64,000 bases of DNA from Octopus vulgaris (lineage: Eukaryota), in the NCBI GenBank assembly GCA_951406725.2, contig OX597830.1, forward strand, positions 22,692,001 to 22,756,000, read 5' to 3'. Made by a program: the position numbers and the translations under genes. Of the stretch, positions 38,525 through 51,546 are shown piece by piece (position 1 is the stretch's first letter; every line of letters starts with the position of its first letter). A model generated the notes under the pieces. That model was not told the origin of the DNA. It worked only from the letters and a program-made list of their open reading frames with translations, and did no database searches.

Positions 38525-39278
38525 GTCATCCCATAAATAATGTGGTTTTTTATGCTTCTTTTATTTTTCAAAATTAAAATAAGCAAAGTTCTCCTTTAAT
38601 CTAAAATATACTCTCCTTCATTTTCTACAATGCTCTTCCATCTATGTAGTAGACTTGCAAGGCCCCTCTTCCAAAATTCACTTGTCCACAATGAAAAATA
38701 CTCCTCTAGTACTGTTCTGACCACGTCTACAGAATTCATATTTTTTCCGTCTAATGATTTTGAAGACTACGGAAGAAACGATAATCAGATGAGGCAATGT
38801 CCGGCGAATATGATGGACGGGGCATCGTTTCCCATTCAAACTGCTCCAGCCTTTGGAATGTCATCCTCGCTGTATGTGTCCGAGCATTACCCTGATGGAA
38901 GAACAGCTTTCGTCTTGAAATCAAAGATGGTCGTATTTCTTCTAGCGTTGACTTAAGCCGCTCAAGCTGCTCACAGTAGATCTTTTCTGTTATCGTTTGG
39001 TTTGGGTTTAAAAGTTCAAAGTGGACTAAACCTTTCATATCCCAACAAACAGATAACAACACCTTATGTAGGCGAAGACCTTCTTTAGCCTGAGATCCCG
39101 GTGTTTCTCCTTTCCCTACACAATGCCTTTGGCACTTGACATTTTTCTAGAGAATCCATTTCTCGTCACCAGTCACTATTCGGTCCCAAAAAGGTTTATT
39201 GGTGAGACATAACAGCAAAGTAGAGCGCACATTCAGTCTCTGCGCGCGATTATACTCGGAAAGTTTGTGGGGAACCCA
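38521..39278 (-). pseudogene. Mariner transposase catalytic-domain relic with one TIR
   Basis: DRIVTGDEKW..., LLSVCWDMKGLVHFELL, FHQGNARTH, PSYSPDIASSDYRFFRSLQNH; TA|ttgggtcatcccataaataa end; stops present; truncated by a family B SINE. Confidence 0.92.
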
Positions 39279-39700
39279 CTTAATATACCGACCCCGAAAG
39301 GATGAAAGGCAAAGTCGACCTCGGTGGAATTTGTACTCAGAACGTAAAGCCAGACGAAATGCCGCTAAGCATTTTCCCCTGTCTACTTACTTTCCAACCA
39401 TATGGTTCCGGGTTCAGTCTCACTGCGTGACATCTTGGGCAAATATCATAGAGGCCCAAAATACTTAAAGCATTTTGGTGCCTTCATATATATATATAAT
39501 TAATAAACCATAGAATAAATGCTTTATTTTTCAAAATGGAACAAAACTAACAGTAAGATGGCAAACAATGTTTATTTTTGTATGCTTCCCAAAAATTCTC
39601 CTACTTTTTTTTCATTACAGAATCTTTGATCAGATCCTCAAAATTAATGTTACGTAGTATACATCTGCTTCTATGTATATATATGTATGTATATATGTAT

Positions 39701-39760
<60 letters not shown>

Positions 39761-40169
39761 GTATATTATATATACACACGGATATATATATATATATATC
39801 CGCCTCTGGATATACTTAATACATATAAGAGAGTTTATTCTTTTATTTGAAGCAGACACTTCTCTCTTGTTTCGTCAATACTCTGAGATTTCCGTTTGAA
39901 ATATTTGGTTTTCCTTTCCTTGTGACGAACGGAAAAGAGAAGAGAGCAAATAACGGAATTACAAACTACTTTTGAAAACGTTAGATCTAACCAGTCCTAC
40001 TTACTATCCCAACCTACCATCCTGACCTTTTTCTAAAATTTAAATACTTATTCAAATCCCCAATCCATAAATATCACTAACCACCTCCACTCGATGTTTC
40101 GTTCATGGTCTTTTCTGTATAGCAAACTGCATTGCTACAAAGAAGGTTGAATTGCCGCTGATGAAGTAT

Positions 40170-40340
40170 AATCTTTTCTACTCTAGGCACAAGACCCGAA
40201 ATTTGGAGGTGAGGAGAGAATCGATTAGATCGACCCATTACACAACTGGTACTTAATTTATCGACCCCGAAAGGACGAAAGGCGAAGTCGACCTCGACGG
40301 AATTTGCACTCAGAACGTAACGGCAGACGAAATACCTACA
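40170..40340 (-). mobile_element. SINE family B fragment
   Basis: tggtacttaatttatcgaccccgaaagg...gtcgacctcg. Confidence 0.85.
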
Positions 40341-40370
40341 AAGGCTAACACCTATGTAAAATATTCATGT

Positions 40371-40424
<54 letters not shown>

Positions 40425-41023
40425 GTGTGCGCGTGAGTATCAAATGAAGGTATACTAAATACCATAAAAGTTAAATTAATGATTTGTTGAAATTATCATC
40501 CCCGCTTTGAGAGAAGTTAAACCAATACCTAGCGACAATTGCGACCGACTCTGTATGAAAAGGGCCGATAACTTCACTAATGAATAACTTGTAGGTATTG
40601 ATACGCTATTAAGGAAAAGACTGGCCACTCTGAATTATTCCCGTCAGCCCACTCCCCTCTTCCGTGATCTTTTGTCGTTTATCTCGTATCTGATTCAGTC
40701 ATTGAACAGCAACCATACTGGAGCAATGCATTGAACGGTTTTATTCGAACAATTTAATCACAGCACTTATTTTCTTTAAAATCTGGTAGTATTCTATCGG
40801 TCTTTTTTTTTTTTGCTAAACAGCTAGGTTACAGGGATGTAAATAAACCAACACCGGTTGTCAAGTGATGGTGGAGGGACCAACATAGGCACAAAGGGAC
40901 ACAAACCATCGTGCGCATGCACACACACGCATACGCACAAACGCACACACACACACATACACACACACACTCACATACAAACACACGCAAACGCACACAC
41001 TCACACACACACACACACACACC

Positions 41024-41055
<32 letters not shown>

Positions 41056-41384
41056 AACACACACACACAAACGTGCGACAGTCTTCCACACAGTTTTTTA
41101 AATTTTAATGAATGTTGCTTTAATACATGTTGCTTACTGCAAGTTATGGATGATTCTTTTATGACTTCATTGCTTTCAGGCTTAGCTTAAGGCATTTTCG
41201 CGCCCGACATCACAAAATGCGTCTGAATAAACATTGCCGGATAGCAAATCGAGACTCGGACATTGCTTAGAAAATAGTTTTCATTTTGAACCTCGTATAT
41301 AGTACGCACTAGCGATTTTGACCTTTAAATTTTGGGGAAAAAATGCAGATTATACTCGAGGATTTACGGTATATATATATATAT

Positions 41385-41536
41385 AAAATAATAAATAAAA
41401 CATATGCATATATACATACATATATGTACGTACCTACATCTATATGTATATATACATGCATATGTAGGTAATACATATAAATGTAGGTACGTACATATAT
41501 GTATGTATATATGCATATGTTTTATTTATTATTTTA
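41385..41536. repeat. Foldback of the terminal part of the 20570-21100 family
   Basis: aaaataataaataaaacatatgc...gtacgtacctacat and its reverse complement about 40 bp downstream. Confidence 0.8.
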
Positions 41537-41744
41537 TTATATGACGAAACGCCACGCATCCTCTTCCAAGTAAGTTTTATCTTAATATATATATATATAT
41601 AAACAACTTATAAATAAGGGCAAACGAAAAAATTTCTAATGCCAAATATGCCGAAATTGGAATCCATAACCATGTAATTTTTCACAATACGCACGCTGCT
41701 CGAAAAAGGTCGACAGAAATTTCTAAAAAATTCCATTATTACCA

Positions 41745-41797
41745 TATCGGACCGATTTCAGGGTTAGTTCGTAAGAAGCCTCCCTTCGTCAGTGATA
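41745..41797 (-). ncRNA. Minimal type I hammerhead ribozyme, slightly decayed
   Basis: UAUCA CUGACGA AGGG...CCCU GAAA UCGG UC|CGAUA; first stem I pair mismatched (A-C). Confidence 0.65.
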
Positions 41798-41883
41798 AAT
41801 GTGGCAAAGAAATAAATGAGATACTTACTCATACCCATGGAAGAAGTAAAACACTAAGTCATGAGCACAATTAAGTACCCCAA

Positions 41884-41952
<69 letters not shown>

Positions 41953-42246
41953 TTTGTCTAGGATTTGTAAGTTGTGCAAGTGGTTGGTTTCATCAGACTG
42001 CTGTCTGACGAAACTTCGATGTCATTGTCAATAAAATTATTAAAGAATTTGTGATTCTGCACTTGTAGTGTGTTATTTTTTGTCAGTTAAAATTAATAGT
42101 TGTTATGTTTATAAAACATCCTTTAACAATAACACACACACACACATCATGTGTGCGTATGATTTGCTTGTGTGTATGTAAAGAGTTAATGTTTTAATGT
42201 ATTTACATTCGCAGACGTTGGCGTAAAATGAAAGAAGAAAGAATGA

Positions 42247-42319
<73 letters not shown>

Positions 42320-42834
42320 TAATAAAAAATAAACTGAGTAAATAAATAAATGATTTTTCCTTCAGTAATTAACTGCAACAGAACAGTCCATCGACTTTGC
42401 CTAGTAAAAAAAAAATAATGCTTAAAAGCAACAATAACAACAACGATAACAACAAGAACAACAATAACAACAATATCGACAGCAATATCTACATAAAAAA
42501 AGAGTAAAAAACAGACAGTGGCATCACCATTGTCATAATCAACACCACCACCACCACCACCACCACCACCACCACCACTACCATCACCACCACCGCCACC
42601 ACCAGCACCACCACCATCAGCACCAACAACATCATGAACGGCAAAACATTTCATGAAAAGGGAGATTTTAATAATGGCAAAACAGTTACAGTTAAGCTAT
42701 TTTTATAAATTCATCACCATCATCAACATCATCATCATTATCACCATCGCCATTGTCATCATCGTCGTCGTCGTCGTCGTTCTCCTCCTCCTCCTCCCCT
42801 CCTCATCATCATCATCATCATCAACATCATCATT

Positions 42835-42872
<38 letters not shown>

Positions 42873-42910
42873 TATCAGCAGCAGCAGCAGCACCACCACC
42901 ACCACCACCA

Positions 42911-42959
<49 letters not shown>

Positions 42960-42976
42960 CGACGACGACGACGACG

Positions 42977-43010
<34 letters not shown>

Positions 43011-43380
43011 CTATCGTCGTCGTCGACGTGAATAACAACATAAAAAACGAAGACCGTCTTAAAAATTACTATTGATTAGAAGAAGGTCGCTAAGGGAAGG
43101 GAAAAAAATATTTAGATAAGACATAATGGCACCAGCCTACTTGGTGGAGAGCTTGACCGTTATTGTCGTTATTCTTTTTTTAGCCCCGGGTCATTTTTAA
43201 TCTACTCGAATAAGTCTTATTTTTAATCAACGATGTTCCACTCGTTTCTCTTCTCTTTTTTGTTTTTTTTTTGTTTTTACAGGTATTAAATATCTAGGAT
43301 TACATTATTAAACAAAGTATAAGACATTTCCTTTTTAAGATAGCAGAGCGTGAATTTTGAGAGAAATTTGGCAGCTATAT

Positions 43381-43603
43381 CTATTTCTTCACTACCCACA
43401 AGGGGCTAAACACAGAGGGGACAAACAAGGACAGACAAACGGATTAAGTCAATTATATCGTGTGTAACTGGTACTTATTTAATCGACCCCGAAAGGATAA
43501 AAGGCAAATTCGACCTCGGCGGAATTTGAACTCAGAACGTAGCGGCAGACGAAATACCGCTAAGCATTTCGCCCGGCGTGCTAACGACTCTGCCAGCTCG
43601 CCG
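43381..43603 (-). mobile_element. SINE family B inserted in a family D repeat
   Basis: The family D tail gctatat..ctagcagg is split around it. Confidence 0.85.
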
Positions 43604-43639
43604 CTATATCTAGCAGGTTGAGGGACCGACTGCATTGAT

Positions 43640-44065
43640 CAGTGATTCTCAACCGTTATCCATGTTGCCCTAGGAATGAGGCTTGGATGTCTAGGGGGTG
43701 GTAGCCCGAAAAAGTTTGGAGACCACTTTTCTACGCCATTGCTGTATGTGTTTCTTTCGACCAAATTTTCCCCCAAATTTTGTCGTTAAGATTTTTGTTG
43801 CAATAAATTAGTTATTCTTCTAGAAACACGAAATATTTCAGCTATTATTTTTATACATTTCCAAATAATATGCTAAGTATAAAAATGCAGTATGAGGCTT
43901 TTCCTTATATCAAATGGTTATGGAGGATCCAGTAGAGTAAAATAGGAATCAAGGGTGATAAATGGTTGAGAATCATTAGTGTAGAGCAGTGGTTCCCATA
44001 CTTTTTCGGGTTGCCGCCCCCTTGACACCCAGGCCTCATTCCTAGCACCCTAACCCCAACTAACC
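43640..44065. mobile_element. hAT-like MITE fragments
   Basis: cagtgattctcaacc...ggttgagaatcatt termini; cagtggttcccatactttttcggg is inverted relative to cccgaaaaagtttggagaccact. Confidence 0.55.
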
Positions 44066-44138
44066 ATCACAAACAAAGACCTCTTTATGAAGCAAATTCT
44101 AAGCAACTGTATCTAACAAATAAAACTTAATCTAATCG

Positions 44139-44825
44139 TAAGCGTAGGAGTGGCTTTGTGGTAAGTAGCTTGCTTACCAACCACATGGTTCTGGGTTCAG
44201 TCCCACTGCGTGGCACCTTCGGCAAGAGCCTTCTACTATATCCTTGGGCCAACCAAAGCCTTGTGAGTGGATTTGGTAGACGGAAACTGAAAGAAGCCCG
44301 TCGTATATGTGTATATATATGTATGTGTGTGTATATGTTTGTGTGTCTGTGTTTGTCACCCCCCAACATCGCTTGACAACCGATGCTGGCGTGTTTATGT
44401 CCCCGATAGAATAAGTGCTAGGCTTACAAAGAATAAGTCCTGGAGTCGATATATAATGTGGTAAGTAGCTTGCTTACCAACCACATGATTCCGGGTTCAG
44501 TCTCACTGCGTGGCACCATGGGCAAGTGTCTTCAACTATAGCCTCGGGCCAACCAAAGCCTTGTGAGTGGATTTGGTAGACAGAAACTGTCGTACATATG
44601 TATATATGTATGTGTGTGTATGTTTGTGTGTCTGTGTTTGTCAACCCTCCCCCCCCAACATCACTTGACAACCGATGCTGGTGTGTTTACGTCCCCATAA
44701 CTTAGTGGTTCGATAAAAGAGACCGATAGAATAAGTACTAGGCTTACAAAGAATAAATCATGGGGTCGATTTGCTCGACTCCAGCATGGCCACAGTCAAA
44801 TGACTGAAATTAGTAAAAGAGTAAA
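44139..44825 (+). mobile_element. Two tandem family A SINEs
   Basis: Heads near 44140 and 44457. Confidence 0.9.
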
Positions 44826-44887
44826 GTAATATATATAGGCGCAGGTGTGGCTGTGTGGTAAGAAACTTGCTTCTCAACCACTTGGTC

Positions 44888-45780
44888 CAGGGTAGTCAAA
44901 ACGTACACGATCTTTGGCCAAAAAACAAGTAATATTAAAAAAACTCACCGTTTTCATCTAGTCTCCTTCAAAGTATTCACCATGGGAATCTATACACTCT
45001 TGCCAGCGTTCCTGCCACTGCTGGAAACATTTCTGGAAATCACTTTTTGGGATGCCGTAGAGCTGTGCTGTCAAATTTTTCTTAATGTCCTCTGTTGACT
45101 CAAGTCTTCTACCTTTGAGTGTTTTTTTTTGAGCTTTGGGAATAGCCAAAAGGCACACAGAGCCAAGTCTGGGGAGTAGGAAACCTGACGAAAATGTGAT
45201 GTGTTTTGCTTGACGTGGAATGCTTGGATGACGGAATAAGCGGATGCGTTGTCATGGTAAAGTTGTTAGTTCTTTGCTGCCCACAGGTCGGGTCGTTCTC
45301 GCCGCACAGCTTCACGAATGCGACGAAGGACCCCCAGGTAATATTCTTCGTTAATTGTCTGTCCACAACGTAGCTCACTGTCCACAACGTAGCTCACTGT
45401 CCACTGAAGTGCAGCCATCTTTGAACCGGTTGTACCACTCATTTATTTGTGTTTTTCCCCATAGATTCATCTCCAAAGGTCTTCTGAATTTTCTCGATAG
45501 TCTGGGCTTGCCTATCACCAAGTTTTTGGCAGAATATGATACAGTATCTTTGCTAAAAGCGCTCGGTCATCTCGACCCAAAAAGAAACATCGCACAGCAC
45601 ACCCGTCACGTTTGTACTCAACGCATCACTGCGGGCGAATGGCGTAACCTACAGACACGAAAATTTTTGCGCATGCTCAGGAAGGACGCGGCCACGTAAT
45701 ACCCATGCGGATTTTGCTCACGCATTATTATTTTGTGCAAAAAAAAAAATCAATGTCGGATACTTTTTGACTATACCTCT
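44888..45780 (-). mobile_element. Internally deleted mariner element nested in a family A SINE
   Basis: QRYCIIFCQKLG N-terminus; ...LKGRRLESTEDIK...WQECIDSHGEYFEGD* C-terminus; imperfect TIRs tagtcaaaa/ttttgacta; SINE head at 44837-44890 and body resuming at 45785. Confidence 0.85.
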
Positions 45781-45784
45781 AAAT

Positions 45785-46262
45785 CTATGTGCGTGTGTCT
45801 TTGTGTCTGTGTTTGTCCCTTCCACCACCTATTTCTTTACTACCCACAAGGGGCTAAACACAGAGGGACAAACAAGGACAGACAGACGGATTAAGTCGAT
45901 TATATCGACCCCAGTACGTAACTGGTACTTATTTAATCGACACCGAAAGGATGAAAGGCAAAGTCGACCTCGGCGGAATTTGAACTCAGAACGTAACGAC
46001 AGACGAAACACCATTAAGCATTTAGCCTGGTGCGCTAACGCTTCTGCCAGCTCACCGCCTTGTCCGCTCACCACCACATGTCAACTGGCGTTGGTGCATT
46101 TGCGCCCCTCTAAACTAGCGGTTCAGCAAAAGAGATCGATAGAATAAGTACCAGGCTTAAAAACAAATCCAAAATACTGGAATTGATTCATTCGACTACA
46201 AGAATTTAAGGCAGTGCCCCAACATGGCCGCAGCCTCATGACTGAAACAAGTAAAAGATAAA
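45785..46262 (+). mobile_element. Family A SINE 3' half containing an antisense family B SINE (45828-46060)
   Basis: Modules read directly. Confidence 0.85.
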
Positions 46263-46981
46263 ATATAAATATAATATATGTATCGTGAGATCGATGTATA
46301 CAGACATAATCAGGAAATAGTGAAATACTTTCGTGCTACCGAGCCAGCAATTTCATAAATGGATAAATGGATCCAATTCATATTTAGAAGCTGCTACGAA
46401 GAACTAATGCAAACAACAATCTCCCTTTGCTCACCAAAAAAATTCAAATTGTCTGGCGCTGTATCTAAAGATTTCTTAGCAACAATGACTCGTACATTAC
46501 GCCATTACATTTCTCTATGAGAACGAAACATCAAGCGAGGTTACTGTTGACAACAAGAATAAATAAACAAAATGATATAGATAAATAAGTAAATAAATAA
46601 ATAAAACTGCCTTGGTTGTTAACGATTTTGTATTAGAATGTTTACTATTGAAAATGTCAAAAAGGGGGGAAAAAAACCCCACCCAACAATCACTGACAAG
46701 AAACAAGAACTATAACCCGAGTAAATGCCTTCATTGTTATAAAGTAAAAGAAAAGAATTGTAATAAACTCTTGAGGATCCTCAGCTAAAAAAACCAAAAC
46801 AACCCCCCGACCAAAACCCTAAATAAGGAAGGATTTAAAAAGCAACCGGGTTGGGAGGCAGCCTGAATCCTTTTTTTTTCAATCCAGATGCATGATATTA
46901 TAGATAATGTTAATTGTAACAAATCTATTTGGTAACAATAGGAAGTCTCAATTCGCAGGAATGAGAGCAGTAAGTAAATAA

Positions 46982-47016
<35 letters not shown>

Positions 47017-47179
47017 ATGTATGTATGTATGTATGTATGTATGTATGTATGTATGTATGTATGTGTATGCATGCATGTGTAGGAATACGACCGTACGTAA
47101 GGAGGTTGGTGACAAGGTCTCCTCTTGTATGCCGCACGATCGCATCCTATCATAGCAAGAGAAGCCATAATACATGGAT

Positions 47180-47808
47180 ATATTATACAGTGCCAAAGGA
47201 AATGAATGAAGTACGACATGCCGTTCTGCTGTTTGAGAGAGGATAGACTTTATTCACAGTGTACAAAGTGAGTTGTGATTACTAGCGTAGTGTTGTGGTA
47301 TGAATGCATACGTATAGTATTTGTGTCTGTGTGTTTGTGTGTGCGACAGAAGGTACAGATAAAGGTGCATGCGAATACAACAGAAATACAGAGCATAAGA
47401 TAAGTCTCAGCATATTGAGTTAAGATAGAGTTATGTTACCAGTTAATGTGGTACACGATAATAAGTTCTATAACAAGATTTGGGTCTCGAAGCGGAGACT
47501 AGTTGAGTCACTTGTTGTGCAGGTTTCTCTTGATATAGATTGTTCTTTCAGATATATACTACAACTGTTTTTCCGTGGTGAAGTTTCACACACAGCGTGA
47601 GTTGAATCTGTGTAGTTGTGTACAAGTTGAAATCGACGGAGATGTAGACGACGTTGGTGATGACGTTCTGTCTGTCGTTGGTATACAATAGCGTCTTCAT
47701 AGTATGGTATGGACACAACAGGGTTAAACTAGCCAAAGATGGTTGTAATCTCAAACGAAATCATTCCTAATGTTTTTCTCAAACAGTGAGGATATCAATA
47801 TTGCTACA
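47180..47808 (-). mobile_element. Possible solo LTR
   Basis: Minus strand starts TGTAGCA and has AATAAA near the far end; the other terminus and a TSD were not resolved. Confidence 0.3.
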
Positions 47809-47956
47809 CATGTATGTATGTATGTATGTATGTATGTATGTATGTATGTATGTATGTATGTATGTATGTATGTATGTATGTATGTATGTATGTATGTATG
47901 CATGTATGCATGTATGTATGTATCTATGCATGTATGTATGTATTTATGTATGTTGT

Positions 47957-48384
47957 ACTGGGCTACATGTTACCAGTAGCACTCGAAAGATGGGAATGGT
48001 CTTCCTATGATGCTGACATGCAGTGTCTGTGCAAGACCCTGCCTCAGTAAAGCTGGACTCAAGAGTCATCTTCGTAGTCATAAAGCGAGACAGATGAGTG
48101 ACAACCTGGCTACTGGTGGTGGTGTAACACACCATACTAATCATATCTGTCAGGCATGTGGAAGAGAGTGTAATTCGGCAGGAGGACGTAAACGGCATAC
48201 AAAGGTACCGAAGCCCAGTTACAACTACAGCCGGATATTGCCGGTAAAGGGTTTTACCTGCCAATTCTGTGCAAGACATTGTAGATCTTTAGCTGGACTA
48301 AAAAGTCACATTCGATCACAGCACCAGTAACAGTTAAGCTTCGTGCAATGGCCATACTCGATAACGAGGGGGCAGTCATCATTT
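47957..48384 (+). pseudogene. RTE-type LINE 3' end encoding three C2H2 zinc fingers, inside (TATG)n
   Basis: ORF 48007-48330: CSVCARPCLSKAGLKSHLRSH, CQACGRECNSAGGRKRH, CQFCARHCRSLAGLKSHIRSQH; short 3' UTR then (TATG)n. Confidence 0.75.
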
Positions 48385-48585
48385 ATGTATGTATGTATGT
48401 ATGTATGTATGTATGTATGTATGTATGTATGTATGTATGTATGTATGTATGTATGTATGTATGTATGCATGCATGCATGCATGTATGTATGTATTTATGT
48501 ATGTATATACGTACGTATGTATGTATACATGCAAGCATGTATGTATGTATTTATGTATGTATGTATGTGTGTATGCATGCGTAAA

Positions 48586-48845
48586 GGCGCGTGACCAAGT
48601 GGTTTGGCTGTTGCACTCACGATCGCTAGCTCGTGGGTTCGATTCCCTGATTGTGCGGCGTATTGTGTTCTTGAGCAAAACACTTAGTTTCACATTGCTC
48701 CAGCTTCCTTTCGATCGGCGGGGGATTGTTGGCCTGCTCGCCTAGCCAGCAGGGTTGCATCACCTGAAGGCTAAAACAATGCAAAAGCGCATTGTGACCA
48801 GCGATGTTTAACATCTGATAGCCTGGTCGGTCACGTGCTCATGTG
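48586..48845 (+). mobile_element. SINE with family C head and an alternative tail
   Basis: ggcgcgtgaccaagtggt...gggttcgattccc...ttgtgttcttgagcaaaacac. Confidence 0.75.
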
Positions 48846-48957
48846 ATGTATGTATACATATATGTATGCATGCATGCATACATACATACATACTTACATA
48901 CATGCATACATACATACATACATACATACATACATACATACATACATACATACATAC

Positions 48958-49400
48958 ATGATGGTTGCCAAATCGGCTTCAAGTAGAGCCATTGCCTGAT
49001 TTCTTTATGCCCTAAAATATCATCGATGAGCTGCCCGAGTTTGGTTTTTGAGGCCTGCCAAAGACTTGCATGCTTTTTGACAATTAGTGCAAGAAAGCTT
49101 GGTGATTGTATAGTTTTACAGCTCCATGAACTTTACTATGTCTTTTCAAGCCACTTTTTGATCTGCATACTTTATGAATGAGTGAGCATTCGAAATCATC
49201 TGTCCGTCTATAACCAGTGAGCGGTTGTGGAATGTGTGATTTCATCTGGCTCTTTAGCCCAGCCTTACTAAGACAAATCTTCCCACAGTCATCAAATGTA
49301 AGATCTAATGCTTGTTAGAACATCATTCCTGTCACTTTTTCTCATCTTTCTTTTGATCTTTGCATGCTCCATTCTCTTCCTTTCAAATTCATTTTTGCCT
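48958..49400 (-). pseudogene. Second, diverged triple-finger RTE 3' end inside (TATG)n
   Basis: [17 protein letters not shown].., DCGKICLSKAGLKSQMKSH, KVCRSKSGLKRHSKVH, CTNCQKACKSLAGLK; frameshifted. Confidence 0.75.
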
Positions 49401-49431
49401 TCATACATACATACATACATACATACATACA

Positions 49432-49462
<31 letters not shown>

Positions 49463-49593
49463 GTACATACGTTATATAGAATTCCAGTGACTTTTCAGGT
49501 ACTGATGTCGCAAGCTTATTAAAAGTAATTATTAGCAACGGAAGCTGTATTAATACCAAAAGGTGGATGTTACGTTGGCTGTTATGCAACCAG

Positions 49594-49652
49594 CGGACGT
49601 CTGTTACTGAAGAGACGGTGGTACGTCGAAATTACATGATCTGGCAGTTCCG
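49594..49652 (+). ncRNA. Full-length type I hammerhead ribozyme
   Basis: CGGA CGU CUGUUA CUGAAGA GACG [GUGGUA] CGUC GAAA UU [ACAU] GA UC|UGGCAG U UCCG; all three stems pair and the core is canonical. Confidence 0.85.
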
Positions 49653-49749
49653 GCGCCTGTAGCAGAGGATTCTAACTGCCAACGATGTAAATATATGTAC
49701 TTTTATGCATTATATGTCCATATGAGAGGTCCTCTGAAGATGAATACCG

Positions 49750-50070
49750 CGGTACTTATTATTATTTTTTTTTTGAGCCTGGTACTTATTCTATCGATCT
49801 CTTTTGCCGAACCGCTAATGTTACGGGTGCATAAACAAATCAATACCGGTTGTCAAGCTGTGGTGGAGGAAACAGACACGCACAACACGCGCACACACAT
49901 ATAGGCACACATACACACACAACGGGCTTCTTCCAGTTTCCGTCTGCCGAATTCATTCACTAGGTAGAGGCTATAGTAGAAGATATTTACTTGTCCAAGG
50001 TGCCATGCAGTGGGACTGAACCCGGAACCATGTGGCTGGGAAGCAAGCTTCTTACGACACAGCTACGCCT
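49750..50070 (-). mobile_element. SINE family A
   Basis: Body and head modules. Confidence 0.8.
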
Positions 50071-50242
50071 AGCAATGCAAACAAGAGTAACTAATTTGTC
50101 GACGGTTCTAGAAGAAAGCTTGTAACTCTCACATTGCACGTAGAAATTAAGATAATACAGCGTCTGAAAAGAGGTAAAAACCAGAACTTTGTTGTACGTG
50201 AATATAATATTGGTGCTTCAGAAATGTATAACATTGGATGGA

Positions 50243-50610
50243 AGCACTCCGTCGGTTACGACGACGAGGGTTCCGGTTGATCCGAATCAACGGAACAGCC
50301 TGCTCGTGAAATTAACGTGTAAGTGGCTGAGCACTCCACAGACACGTGTACCCTTAACACAGTTCTCGGGGATATTCAGCGTGACACAGAGAGTGACAAG
50401 GCCGGTCCTTTGAAATACAGGCAGAACAGAAACAGGAAGTAAGAGTGAGAGAAAGTTGTGGTGAAAGAGTACAGCAGGGATCACCACCATCCCCTGCCGG
50501 AGCATCGTGGAGCTTTAGGTGTTATCGCTCAATAAACACTCACAACGCCCGGTCTGGGAATCGAAACCGCGATCCTACGACCGCGAGTCCACTGGGCTAT
50601 TGCGCCTCCA
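50243..50610 (-). mobile_element. SINE with family C tail and a different tRNA-like head
   Basis: Head ggaggcgcaatagcccagtgg...ggtttcgattccc; tail shared with the 31880 copy. Confidence 0.75.
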
Positions 50611-50982
50611 CGTATAACATTATGAAACAAATGGACCAATTAATACAATTTATGGCTGATTCAGAGACAAATAAAACCGCTGATCTGTGACAGTCTTTCA
50701 GAGCTGGTTATAGCGATAGTTAAGTGGTTTCGTGTAAAAATATTCGAGAGTGTACCAATTTCAGACTTAATGGTTATCGAAGTTGCCAAGCAATTATTTC
50801 AGGATATGTGTATCGCGAAAGCATTCCATGTTTACAGTTGGGCAGTTTAGAATCTTTAAAACGAGATAGTGCATTCGTAAATTTAATTTGTCAGGTGGAA
50901 AGGATGTCGGTAGATATTGAGGCTGGCGAAAGATATTTTATGACCTGATTTAAAAAAAAAACAGAATGGTATATATAAGTTT

Positions 50983-51035
<53 letters not shown>

Positions 51036-51039
51036 AGTA

Positions 51040-51089
<50 letters not shown>

Positions 51090-51179
51090 TATTTATATAT
51101 GTGTACATGTATATATACATATTTTTATATATGTACATACATGCATATATGTTTATATATATGTATATATGTATGTATA

Positions 51180-51279
<100 letters not shown>

Positions 51280-51401
51280 CATATATATATATTATGTGTA
51301 TAGAACGACAAACATTCTCCAGTGGGGGCGAAACAATGGCGCCCTGTCTATAAAACTTTAAATATTGCCAACATAGAATCAAACACTGATGTCTACTGTG
51401 T

Positions 51402-51433
<32 letters not shown>

Positions 51434-51458
51434 TGCACTCACCACTACTACCACCACC

Positions 51459-51546
<88 letters not shown>

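Noticed and set aside
40158-40205. CUGAUGA followed by GAAA
   Set aside because: No stem II; the GAAA belongs to an adjacent SINE.
41986-42012. Hairpin with CUGAYGA on both strands
   Set aside because: No downstream stem II/GAAA partner on either strand.
42653-43075. Poly-His/Ser/Ile ORFs (also 29278-29629, 34230-34493, 57471-57801)
   Set aside because: Trinucleotide microsatellites open in several frames, with no splice or domain evidence.
48007-48330. Host C2H2 zinc-finger gene
   Set aside because: No TGEKP linkers, a LINE-like 3' end with (TATG)n tail, and a frameshifted relative with RTE context nearby.
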